This document shows, in pieces, positions 11,512 to 21,090 of a DNA stretch of 34,764 nt. Numbering within the stretch: the stretch's first letter is position 1; each line of letters begins with the position of its first letter. The notes below the pieces were generated by a model. It searched no databases, was not told the origin of the DNA, and was given only the letters and a program-made list of their open reading frames with translations. The stretch is from Perkinsus olseni (lineage: Eukaryota). The stretch lies in assembly GCA_013115125.1 (NCBI GenBank), contig JABANN010000368.1, forward strand, positions 1 through 34,764, written 5' to 3'. The translations under genes were made by a program, and so were the position numbers.

Positions 11512-12564
11512 TCAACTGCAAAAACTCAGACGCCACACGCTGACTTTGAAAAGTGGATCAGAGGATTCTTTCTGCTGAGCAAGAACGACAAGACCACTCT
11601 CCGTGGTGGCCATGTAGGCACAGAACGATCTGTACTTCGAGCGGGATAGATAATCGAGCGAGTAGATCACGGACATGGACCAGACATCCACCAAACTGAT
11701 GGTCCACGAAAACGTCTGAGAATCGCACCGAGAGGCAACGCATACTAGCTCGTCGTAGGAAGGAACGAACTTGCACAACCGGGCGCCGGAGTGAGGCTTC
11801 AAGGTACCGCCTCCATCACTATCGAAATAATAAACGAAACACTCGCGACTACGGTCATCATAGCCAACACAGACCAGTCGCAACTCATCATCACCTTCAG
11901 CTATTACGTCGATATCAGTTACGGTGGAGTAACGATTGACCGGTAGATCAGCAACAGGCTTCCACTCAACACCATCTATGAAACGATGCGGGCTACGGAA
12001 CCCATCCAGGTGTTCATTAGCGAGCGGAGGAATTTTAGTTTTGAAAAGTTTACCTGCTCCGTACCCCACCATAAAAAGCTGCCCATTAGACACACAGTTA
12101 GTTTCTGACAGATTGTCGTATGTATCTGTCCCCGGTGGCGAGGGAATCAAGTCCCTACGCTCATCATTGCAGAGAGACCTACGCATAACCCAACCTGGGC
12201 GAGCATCGTAGTCGGGATAATACAAGCTCTCACCATCGGTACAGATGCTCTCAGGATGTCTATCGACTTCGAACTCGTCAACCACCACCCTCATGTCACT
12301 ATTATTCATATCATGACCACTGATCATGCGTATGTCATCACCGTCTGGATCATCACTCAGCAGGACGGATCTTTCACCCAATGAGTCCATCCCGAAAATG
12401 TAGCCCTCGCGGTATACCGTGTAGAGGATCGATAGGGTAGGCCGTGGGAAAGCGAGAAATGACCATGTGCTCCACAGGTGGTCGTCTTCGGACGAACCGA
12501 ACACATCGTTGAGGGCCTTCATGCGCAGACACGCTGCAGACTGACGAGACGGTTCCTCAGGCAT
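11512..12564 (-). CDS. Array copy 5: F-box-like motif plus probable beta-propeller, 350 aa
   Basis: Intact ORF with all family motifs. Its closest relative is copy 9 (16774..17826). Confidence 0.9.
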   Translation of the reverse strand: MPEEPSRQSAACLRMKALNDVFGSSEDDHLWSTWSFLAFPRPTLSILYTVYREGYIFGMDSLGERSVLLSDDPDGDDIRMISGHDMNNSDMRVVVDEFEVDRHPESICTDGESLYYPDYDARPGWVMRRSLCNDERRDLIPSPPGTDTYDNLSETNCVSNGQLFMVGYGAGKLFKTKIPPLANEHLDGFRSPHRFIDGVEWKPVADLPVNRYSTVTDIDVIAEGDDELRLVCVGYDDRSRECFVYYFDSDGGGTLKPHSGARLCKFVPSYDELVCVASRCDSQTFSWTISLVDVWSMSVIYSLDYLSRSKYRSFCAYMATTESGLVVLAQQKESSDPLFKVSVWRLSFCS

Positions 12565-12784
12565 TCAAACTAAGGAGCCCGCAAACTATTCACTGCACCA
12601 TGAACCCTATTTTCCCCGCGATCGAACCAACGTAGGCAGAACTTCACGAAATCCAGTGCTCAGTCGTTCAGCCTAGGAGAAAAGTGGGATTAGGACTCCA
12701 AATCCCGGAGGCCGGCAAAGTATCAGTATCAACTTCAGCAACTTCCGGAACCCCTACGCATCTTCCTCGAATCTCAGATCGCAA

Positions 12785-13030
12785 TGGATGCAAATTTCGT
12801 CCTTCAAGTTGGAGCACGCGTTAACTCATCATGGGAAGGAATTAACTTGCACATCCAAGAATCGTAGCGTTCCGGGATCTTGTTTCCTTAGAAAATTGGC
12901 ATAGCGAAGGGAACGATCCCCTTATTATCATAAACAAAACAAACGAACTGGTACTCATCATCAGCTCTCGCTAGCAGTGAGTCGCTACAATGCAAGAAGC
13001 CACCGATGGTAGATCTGCGAGAGGCTACTA
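12785..13030 (-). pseudogene. Copy 6: degenerate internal fragment of a copy-3-like gene
   Basis: Nucleotide similarity to 7926-8140 (aactcatcatggga.gga.t.aactt.cacatccaag; gggaacgatc; acaaacgaactgg.actcatc; agatctgc) with many indels. Confidence 0.75.
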
Positions 13031-13260
13031 CCAACCATCACCGGGAGTAAGGCAATCTATATCTCTTGAGTCCAATGAGACAATCTATGGAATCTTTGTA
13101 GTGGCGAGTAAACACCGGCGTCTTCGGGTGGCCCAGTCAACGCAAAGTCCGTTGGAGCGCGAAATCAACTTGAAAGATGAAAACAATTTACTATCCATTC
13201 ATAAGGCCAATGGCCTCAGGCCATTGCTAAAAACATAAAGTACCTCTACTAATAGCGACA

Positions 13261-14292
13261 TCACTTGATCGAGGGCTGAAGTCGGGAGACCAGCACCCCA
13301 AATATTGGCAGCTCGTAACCACCGGTTTTTTGCTGGGAAAGAACAACAAGACCGTTCTCCGTGATAGCAAGATAACAGTCGGCGCTGATGTTCTGGTCCC
13401 AGTCGTAGTCACCCTGACGAGTCTGGAAGAAGACCATCGACATCGACCAGATATCCACCAAACTTATCCAAGGAAAATTTTGGGTCTCTGGGGAGCCAGC
13501 AACGCATACTAGCTCGTCGTAGGAGGGAACGAATTTGCACATCCAAGCACGCTCGAAAGGCTCGAACCTCGTATCACCCTCATAGCCGGCATAGTAGATA
13601 CAACACTCCCAAGTGCTAGGATCACGTCCCACACAGACGAATTTGACTTTACCATCATTTCTGGTCAATACGTCCACTTCAGAAACCTTGATCGGGAGAT
13701 CTGCAACAAGCTCCCACTCGACACTGTGCGCTGAGGCACTTCGGCCAACGAGCTCAGTTGCTCGCTCGAATCGGCTGAGGGCAGGACATCTGGTTTTGAA
13801 TAACTTGCGGTCTCCGCACCCCAACATGTAGAGCTCCCCGTTGGCCACACAGCTTGTTCCTGACAGATTCTTGTCTGCTCCTGGTGGTGGGGGAATCCAT
13901 CCTATGCGCCTACCATTGGATAGCGACACGCACACGACCCCGGAATGATATAAGACCTCACCATCCGTACAAATATTCGACGGCCGTCCATCGAGTTGAA
14001 ACTCATCAACCACCACCCTCATCGCCTCACTATTCATATCATGCCCGCTGATCTTGCTTATACCCTCACCATCGGGCTCCACACTCAGCAAGACGGAGCT
14101 TCCTCCCAATGAGTCCATCCCGGATATGTAGCCTTCACGGTGCGCAGTGTACAGGGGCGACAGGGTGAACCTTGGAGTAGCCAGAAATGACCATATGATC
14201 CAAGAGAGGCCGTCCTCCGATGCATCACATCTCTTGGTAAGAGCTCTCAGCCGCAGGCACACCGCGGAACGTCGCGACCATTTCATACTCAT
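13261..14292 (-). CDS. Array copy 7: F-box-like motif plus probable beta-propeller, ~343 aa
   Basis: Intact ORF. Start MSMKWSRRSAVCLRLRAL at 14292 chosen by analogy; the ORF is open to 14412. Confidence 0.88.
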   Translation of the reverse strand: MSMKWSRRSAVCLRLRALTKRCDASEDGLSWIIWSFLATPRFTLSPLYTAHREGYISGMDSLGGSSVLLSVEPDGEGISKISGHDMNSEAMRVVVDEFQLDGRPSNICTDGEVLYHSGVVCVSLSNGRRIGWIPPPPGADKNLSGTSCVANGELYMLGCGDRKLFKTRCPALSRFERATELVGRSASAHSVEWELVADLPIKVSEVDVLTRNDGKVKFVCVGRDPSTWECCIYYAGYEGDTRFEPFERAWMCKFVPSYDELVCVAGSPETQNFPWISLVDIWSMSMVFFQTRQGDYDWDQNISADCYLAITENGLVVLSQQKTGGYELPIFGVLVSRLQPSIK

Positions 14293-15824
14293 CTCCACCG
14301 AGAAGTAATGGAGTCTCCGATGGATGCATTCACTCAAGGAATACTTGATCCTGGATGAAGAAGTGCTCCTCATTGCAATCCAGTCGATGTCTTCGGGGAA
14401 AAGACGGTCCATCAGAGTACCTCACGAATGCTAACAGGGTTGGGAAGTCCCACCAGGCCAGCTGCCTCTCACCAAAGCCTTATCAGCTTTCCTTCATATA
14501 CCCGACGCATTCTAGACAAGCATCTAACTTGCATCATGCAAGTTGCATGATCAAGCATCCGACTGTATTGAGTGGTGTGGATGACTCGAGAGGCGTTAAG
14601 GGCGACACAATTTGGTTCGGAAGAGCGTCTGCCATATATCTCAATGGCCCTCATGGCTCATTCCTACTGCGACATCTTGTGACTTCATGAGGAACGACCG
14701 CGGCGATTTACCATAAGATACTCCTACTGACAACGTGACACCATCTTCTGTTGCTAAGGAAAGCGTAGCTTCTCCGGGGTTGAAAAGACGCCAAAGATTG
14801 GGCCTTAGGTGGAGCCAAACTTAGGACACCGAGCACCAACGAGATCATCGGCACAACGGGACAGGCAGGGTGGAGCATGAGCGCTTCGGGCTAGGAGGCT
14901 GGTTGCTCTTGCCGTGCCTGTTTGAGTCATGGAATGATGGTGATCGTCGTCGTTTGAGGATACCGGTAGATGATCGCATTGCTGTGAAGGTCCTCTCCTT
15001 TCATCGTCTTCCTTCGACTCGGGGCTCCGATGTAGGCCCAAGGAGCAACCTTGGGTTCACACTGTGAACCCACCTGTGAACTTCACAGGAGTCCTGCCCC
15101 CTCGGCATAATTCTGCCGCGCCTTGCGTGTCTCCCTGCGCCGCTGCAGGTGGCGCTCGGAGGCGGAACGGCACCTCACCATAACTCCGAGACCAGGGGTT
15201 TCAAGTTGTGGATAACCGAAGCATGCTATACGTTCCCATTAAACTGTCGTTGAGAGTCGTTGGACGTCCAAGCGCATGTTAGAATTACAAACCATACGGA
15301 GCAAGAAAAATGACAGAAAATTCGGATAGAAGGCTACCGGCACACAAGTTTGAATACAGTGAATTTCACTGAGTGAAATTCCCACGATGCAGAGGTTAAG
15401 AGAGCGAACAGTGAATGACAGAGTCGGTGTAATAACACCGCTATACCCGATAGCGTCTCAGCTTGAACAGGTGATGAGAACCTGGCAGCCATTATGCAGT
15501 AGAAAACCACATGAATTGCCGGACTCCGTGTCCAATCAGGATCGAGTACCTGTCCATGGGTACTTTCTAATCCACTTAGCGCTTACCTAGTTCCTATGGT
15601 CCGTTCGGTGGGAAGGCTACATCTGGAACAGCCACACCGAGCCCAGGAGGGGCTCATTCTGTTGAACTTCAAGCCTGCCCCCGGGCGGCCAGCTTGGAGA
15701 CCTTCGGGAGGGACCCCTGCCTGAAGGACACAACCTGCCACAGGTCCTCTTCTGTGGCAACACGTCGTAGGCTGCGACTCGTAGCCTTCCTTGGTCTTGT
15801 TTTCTTCTAAATCGCCATAACAGA

Positions 15825-15900
15825 GACGCCACACCTCTTTCTGAGAGTACTTAGACGGAGATACGCCGCGGTACATCGACACGATCGGGTTGGTATTCTA
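15825..15900 (-). pseudogene. Copy 8: 5' stub of a copy-4-like gene
   Basis: cacacctctttctgagagtacttagacggagatacgccgcggtac matches 10630-10675. The rest of the gene is absent. Confidence 0.75.
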
Positions 15901-16773
15901 AGGGACTGTCGCGAAGAAGCTACACTTCAGCAACAATCAACAAGAATGACCTCAAAGCAACGTTCGACTGAATTGTATGTGGGCAAGCACGGAGCGTCCT
16001 TTCGATCATGAACCTCCTAAAGAATCATCCATCTGGATATTCCCCAACACGACACGACACTTTCCCTTGAAGACCAAGGGGTCAAGAAATGCGAGTCCCG
16101 AGGCCTAGCTTTCTACTACGCGCAGTGTCAACCCATGCGGCGGACATCTCACAGAATGTCGAGGCGACTCGACAGTGCTCCGAATGATCTTATCGACAGT
16201 GCTTAATGATTAGCCTCAATAATGAGATACGATGACGGCGAATCGAAGAACTTATTCTCAGATATGTTACAAATAATGTTCTTTCGATAATGGCATTCCA
16301 TGCCTTGGAGGAGAGGTCCATTCATGGGGGTTGCCATTTATTGACTGCTACATATCATGAACAACAACGTTTATCGACACGAGAACCGTTTTATGAGTAG
16401 CGCCTGTAGCATTAAAGTCGAGCGAAATTTCTGTGCGCCTCAGACCCGCCGAGTTATTCTGAGCATCCACTAGAGACTCCCAAGTGGGCTCAGGCTCAGG
16501 CTCACCCCAGTACCACTTCGGCAGTGATTCATTTACGTGGTGTTTGTCGATGGCCCGGCTATGAGAACTCCAGCCCCGGAAAAGAGCCCCACCTCTGTTA
16601 TAAAGGGTAGAGGTATAATCGGCCGTTGGCCCACTCAAGGATACGAGACTAACTGAGAACATACACCGGCTGCGGGTGGGAAGCGGAGACTCCTTTATAT
16701 GCTCATGATGACAGTGAGATCAGCAGTTCCCGTTCCAAGTGACGGAATATTATGGATACCCGTAGCACAGGCA

Positions 16774-17826
16774 TCAACAACTGCGGAATCTCAGACGCCA
16801 CACGATGATCTCGAAAAGTGGATTAGAGGAGTCTTTCTGCTGAGCTAGAACGACAAGACCACTCTCCGTTATTGTCAAGTAAGAACTGAACGAACTACAC
16901 GTGAAGAGGCATGGATAATCGAGCGTGTAGACCATAGACATGGACCAGACATCCAGGAAACTTATGGTCCGCGAAAATATCTGAGATTCAGAGCGAGAGC
17001 CGACGCATACTAAGTCGTCGTTGGAAGGAACGAACTTGCACATCTGAGCATTGGTGGAAGGCTTGAAGGAGCCACCTCCATCACTATCAAAATAATAAAG
17101 GAAACAGTCATGACTTCTATTGTCGTAGACAGCACAGACCAACCGCAACTCATCATCATCTCCTGCTATTACGTCGATATCGAGAATGGTGGAGTAAGTA
17201 TTGAGCGGTAGATCAGCAACAGCCTTCCACTCAACATCTATGAAACGATCCGAGTTACGGACCCCATCCAGGTGTTCATTGGTGAGCGGGGGAATTTTAG
17301 TCTTGAAAAGTTTACGTGGTCCGTATTGCACCACGAAAAGCTGCCCATTAGACACACAGTTTGCCTCTGACAGACGTTCATGTGGATCTCCACCCGGTGG
17401 AGTAGGAATTAACTCCTTACGCTCATCATTGCAGAGAGACCTGCGTATAACCCAACCTGGATCAACAAGGTAGTCGGGATAATACAAGCTCTCACCATCG
17501 GTATAAATGCCATAAGGAAGCCTATGGACTGCGAACGCATTAACCACCGTCCTCATGTCACTATCGCTCATATCATGGCCACTGATCCATCGTATGTCAT
17601 CAGCATCTCGATCAACACTCAAAAGGACGGAGTTCTCACCCAAGGAGTCCATCCCGTAAATGTATCCCTCGCGATCAACCGTGAACAGGAGCGATAGGGT
17701 AGGCCGTGGGGGAGCGAGAAATGACCATGTACTGTAGAGGAGGTCACCCTCAGATGAACCGAACATATCATTAATAGCCTTCAGGCGCAGGCACGCTGCT
17801 GAGTGCCGAGACAGTTCCTGTGGCAT
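16774..17826 (-). CDS. Array copy 9: F-box-like motif plus probable beta-propeller, 350 aa
   Basis: Intact ORF sharing diagnostic segments with copy 5 (PGWVxRRSLCNDER, KLFKTKIPPLxNEHLDG, YYFDSDGGG). Confidence 0.9.
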   Translation of the reverse strand: MPQELSRHSAACLRLKAINDMFGSSEGDLLYSTWSFLAPPRPTLSLLFTVDREGYIYGMDSLGENSVLLSVDRDADDIRWISGHDMSDSDMRTVVNAFAVHRLPYGIYTDGESLYYPDYLVDPGWVIRRSLCNDERKELIPTPPGGDPHERLSEANCVSNGQLFVVQYGPRKLFKTKIPPLTNEHLDGVRNSDRFIDVEWKAVADLPLNTYSTILDIDVIAGDDDELRLVCAVYDNRSHDCFLYYFDSDGGGSFKPSTNAQMCKFVPSNDDLVCVGSRSESQIFSRTISFLDVWSMSMVYTLDYPCLFTCSSFSSYLTITESGLVVLAQQKDSSNPLFEIIVWRLRFRSC

Positions 17827-17872
17827 TCAGAGTGAGGAGCCAAAAAACTGATTCCCTGCATTGTGAACTCTA

Positions 17873-18877
17873 CATCATGTCCCCAACTAAATAGAATGTT
17901 TTGTCGGTCAACTTGAACGATTTTGATAGCCACTCAGCGAGCATCATGGGAATTGAATTTCCATGACTTTCGCTGAGTGGCTACTAAAACCTCTGGTCTC
18001 CGAGATGAGGCAAGGCGCGGCACTCAACTGGCGTCGCAAAGGTCGACAGGAACGCGAAGGCAGAGTGTGCCGGGACCGAAGGCGATACCACCAATGGCAA
18101 ACGCGGTGTTGTATAGTTCTTACTCGTGGAACACAAGGCCAGAGGGAGCCTGTGAGATGGATCTTATGAAAGAGCTATTGCCCAGACTACTCTGCACGCA
18201 TAAACATAGACGGAGCGCAACACGCGGTTCGGCAGGCACGTTGCCTCTCTCGAAGACCTCGGCTAGAAAAAAGGGAGAGCGTCGAGAGCACGACGCTCGG
18301 CGAATCCAACCGTCATCGAGCACTGTTATAGGCTGTAGTTAGGCCTTGTGTCCCTTTAGGCTAGGTCACTCTGAGTTCACCAGTTTGAGCCTAACCTCCT
18401 TACTCACCATTCGGTGTGAGAGGCTGAGAATGACTATCTTAACACCATTGATTGTAGTTGCCTCTAAGTCTCGCCATTGGCTACAGTATGCTCTCTACAC
18501 TGTTGCACGCATACGTTACGGGGCTTGCTGAAGCCTTTGATTGGGAGTCAATAGAGGCACGCAACAGCAACTGACAGCACGAGCCGGCCCTCAAGGCACT
18601 AGCTTGCTGGCGCGGGAGGCACAATCGAAAGTTGTGCGCTCAACATAACATAGCATCTCTCCGCGCCGGTTTTAACCTATAGATAACCCACTCATTTATC
18701 CGCCGTAAAATTTTTTTAATAGCACGGAGAGTGAGATCTAATATGCGTGACATGAGTTTCTTGAATTTGCAAGGGTATTTTAAGTGGATGAAAACTTTTT
18801 TTAAAACAGAATTTCGTTTTCCCTGCCCTTCTATGTAACTCGAAGGGAACAGTATTTTATTCGATCGGGAAATGTTG
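17873..18877. mobile_element. Non-autonomous TIR DNA transposon (MITE-like, TA target as in Tc1/mariner), 1005 bp
   Basis: Absent from the paralogous block, where a single TA sits at 12608-12609. Flanked here by TA at 17871-72 and 18878-79. Degenerate TIRs: left CATCATGTCCCCAACTAAATAGAAT, right (reverse complement) CAACATTTCCCGATCGAATAAAAT. No transposase ORF recognised. Confidence 0.8.
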
Positions 18878-19142
18878 TAGTTTCCATACGAACGAATCAG
18901 CATTGCAAGAACCCTGCGAAGTTCTGCGCTCAAGCGTTGAGGCCTGAGGAGTGGGGCTGGGAGGCCGACAAAGTCTCAGTGAGAGTCTGAGGTGAGAACC
19001 CACCATGCCGCCACACCCGGGCCGGGTGATCCGGCTACTACCAACAAGTCCCGCAGTATCCTATCACGCCGACTATCCCATTCGCAACGACCATTTAACT
19101 TCGGAAACCCGACGCAATCTCCCTCGAATCCCAGATCACAAC

Positions 19143-19370
19143 GGATGCAAATTTCGTCTTTCACAACGAGGGACTCGTGAGCTCATCATGGGAGGGAATC
19201 AAGTTGCAAATCCGAGAATCGTAGCGTCCCAAGGCCTTGTTTCCTTTTTCCACTGTTTTCGAAACGATCCCCTTCCTCACAATCATGAAGTGCACAAACG
19301 ATTCCGAACATTCCATCATCAGCTCTTGCTAACATAAGTAGACACCAATGGTAGATATACGGAGATCCCT
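19143..19370 (-). pseudogene. Degenerate copy-3-like internal fragment (duplicate of the 12785-13030 relic)
   Basis: ggatgcaaatttcgtc, ctcatcatggga.ggaat, gaatcgtagcgt and aacgatcccctt are shared with 12785-12975. Confidence 0.75.
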
Positions 19371-19658
19371 AACTATTAGTTAGCCATCGCCGTGGCTGGC
19401 CATGAAAAGCCGCCCCTTCGGGCGACAGGAGGGGTGCGAGTCGGGACCTGCTGGGTAGAGAGTTGCACCTAGCCTGGGTGACCCAGGCACGATAACCAGT
19501 AGAGGTGATATCGAGCAACGCAGGAGCGCTGCCAGGGAACGCAACGCCATCCCTGAGAGACAGGGGAATGGAATACATGATTCGATAATGGCAACAATGA
19601 CATAAGAATTACGTATGAATTGAGTAAGAATTAGGGACATGAGCCTTCGCTCGATCAC

Positions 19659-20681
19659 TCAATCACACTCCAGTTGCGAGACCACAACCCCGAAGAATGG
19701 ATCCTCCTCAACATCATTTTGGAGGCCTAAAACCACGAGACCGTTCTCCATAATCGTGAAGAAGCGGAGGTAACTGAATTTAGGACCAAATCCGGAGATT
19801 TCTAGACGGCAGACTTCTGGCACTGACATGGACCAGATATCCACCACTCTGATCCAAAGGAAGTTGGAGGAGTCCGCGCGACCAGCCACATAGACTATCT
19901 CATCATTGGAAGGGACAAACTTGCACAGCAACGCCTCTTCCGAGATGTTCATAGTCGTGATAATCTCCTCATAATCAACATAGTGGATGCAATTCTCTTC
20001 GGTATCAACATCATAGCCCACGCAGACCAGCTTAAATTTGCCGTCCTCTCGAGCGACCACATCCATACCAGTAACGTCGGACGGGAGATCAGCAACAGCC
20101 TTCCACTGCACACCCTCTATGGGGTGGAGTCTGGCAGAGCGCGGTCTGGGGAGTTTGCCGAACGGAGGCAGTGTAGCGCTGAATAGTTTTCGGTCTTCGC
20201 GCCCTACCATGAAAAATCGTCCGTTTGACACGCAGTTCAAATACGATAGATCGTTGCCTGGCGGGGCGGTAATGAGTGCTTTGAACTTTCGATTACGGGA
20301 AGATATAACCAGCAACATATTATCACAAGTGACAAGAACATGCGAGCGGTCCCCAAGGGTACGGAAACTCCCTAAAGGGCGATCCGCTTCAAACACATTA
20401 GTCCATGTGCTCAAGTTCAAACCATCGGGAGCATAACGACACATCACCCGCCTTTGCTGGAAATCACCAGGCTGCCTCAGCAGCAAAGCAGAGCTTCGCT
20501 GGAATGCGTCCAGCCCGAGTATGAATCCCTCGCGTCCAGCAGCATACAGGGACGATAGGGTAGGCCTTCCACCCATCAGGAATGGCCATGAGATCCACAG
20601 GAGGCCGCTCTCTGATGAGTCACATCTCTTTCTGAGAGCACTTAGACGCAGACACACCGCGGTACGCCGGGAGGACCTCAT
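19659..20681 (-). CDS. Array copy 10: F-box-like motif plus probable beta-propeller, 340 aa (mosaic, with a divergent N-terminal half)
   Basis: Intact ORF. The N-terminus is nearly identical to copy 4 and a central block resembles copy 12. Confidence 0.87.
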   Translation of the reverse strand: MRSSRRTAVCLRLSALRKRCDSSESGLLWISWPFLMGGRPTLSSLYAAGREGFILGLDAFQRSSALLLRQPGDFQQRRVMCRYAPDGLNLSTWTNVFEADRPLGSFRTLGDRSHVLVTCDNMLLVISSRNRKFKALITAPPGNDLSYLNCVSNGRFFMVGREDRKLFSATLPPFGKLPRPRSARLHPIEGVQWKAVADLPSDVTGMDVVAREDGKFKLVCVGYDVDTEENCIHYVDYEEIITTMNISEEALLCKFVPSNDEIVYVAGRADSSNFLWIRVVDIWSMSVPEVCRLEISGFGPKFSYLRFFTIMENGLVVLGLQNDVEEDPFFGVVVSQLECD

Positions 20682-21090
20682 CCTTGTTTAAAAGGGCTGC
20701 CATACACATACTTATTCGAAAAAAAACTCGTAGGATCCCCGGAACAGTTAGACAGTATTGACAAGCGCGTACTTGAGCGGTTCCGGAAGAAGGGCCGTGA
20801 TTCGTCCATTGCGAGCCAACACCGCCTAGCATGGTGTCAACTGCGACTCATCCGATGAGGGTGAGGTATCTCATACTTTACCCTTTCTACATACCGTATA
20901 CATTCAAGTAAAGAGACAGAGGGGGACAACCACACTTGGTACCGGACGTATCAAACGCACTGTAATCACCTGGCAGGCTGCGACCGTATACAAAACTACA
21001 CAAGCATGAAAATGGGAGCAGAAACCGTATTACATACATATGCTCACCATGAACATGGCACGAGGGTGAAACTACCAAATGGGGACGCCG

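Larger units (their letters stand above)
10625..13030. repeat. Segmental duplication, block A (copy 4 5' end, spacer, copy 5, relic)
   Basis: Colinear similarity to 15825-19370, including non-coding spacer (e.g. tcaccccagtaccactt.ggcagt at ~11244 and ~16502; tgttataaagggt at ~11336 and ~16596). Confidence 0.85.
15825..19370. repeat. Segmental duplication, block B (interrupted by a ~1 kb TIR element)
   Basis: Same order as block A: stub, spacer, copy 9, upstream region, relic. Confidence 0.85.

Noticed and set aside
15072-15088. Perfect inverted repeat CCTGTGAA-C-TTCACAGG
   Set aside because: A single 8-bp palindrome is expected by chance in 35 kb and has no supporting context.
15581-15590. 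CTTACCT resembling the U1 snRNA 5' end
   Set aside because: No U1 loop or Sm-site motifs recognised downstream, and it is equally a minus-strand splice donor.
16348-16662. 104-aa ORF with a PEPEP stretch
   Set aside because: The paralogous spacer (~11240-11400) has a stop in the same frame, and PEPEP comes from a (GGCTCA)3 microrepeat.
18640-18933. Lys/Ile-rich 97-aa ORF as a possible transposase fragment
   Set aside because: It crosses the element boundary, lies in AT-rich sequence and shows no HTH or DDE motif.
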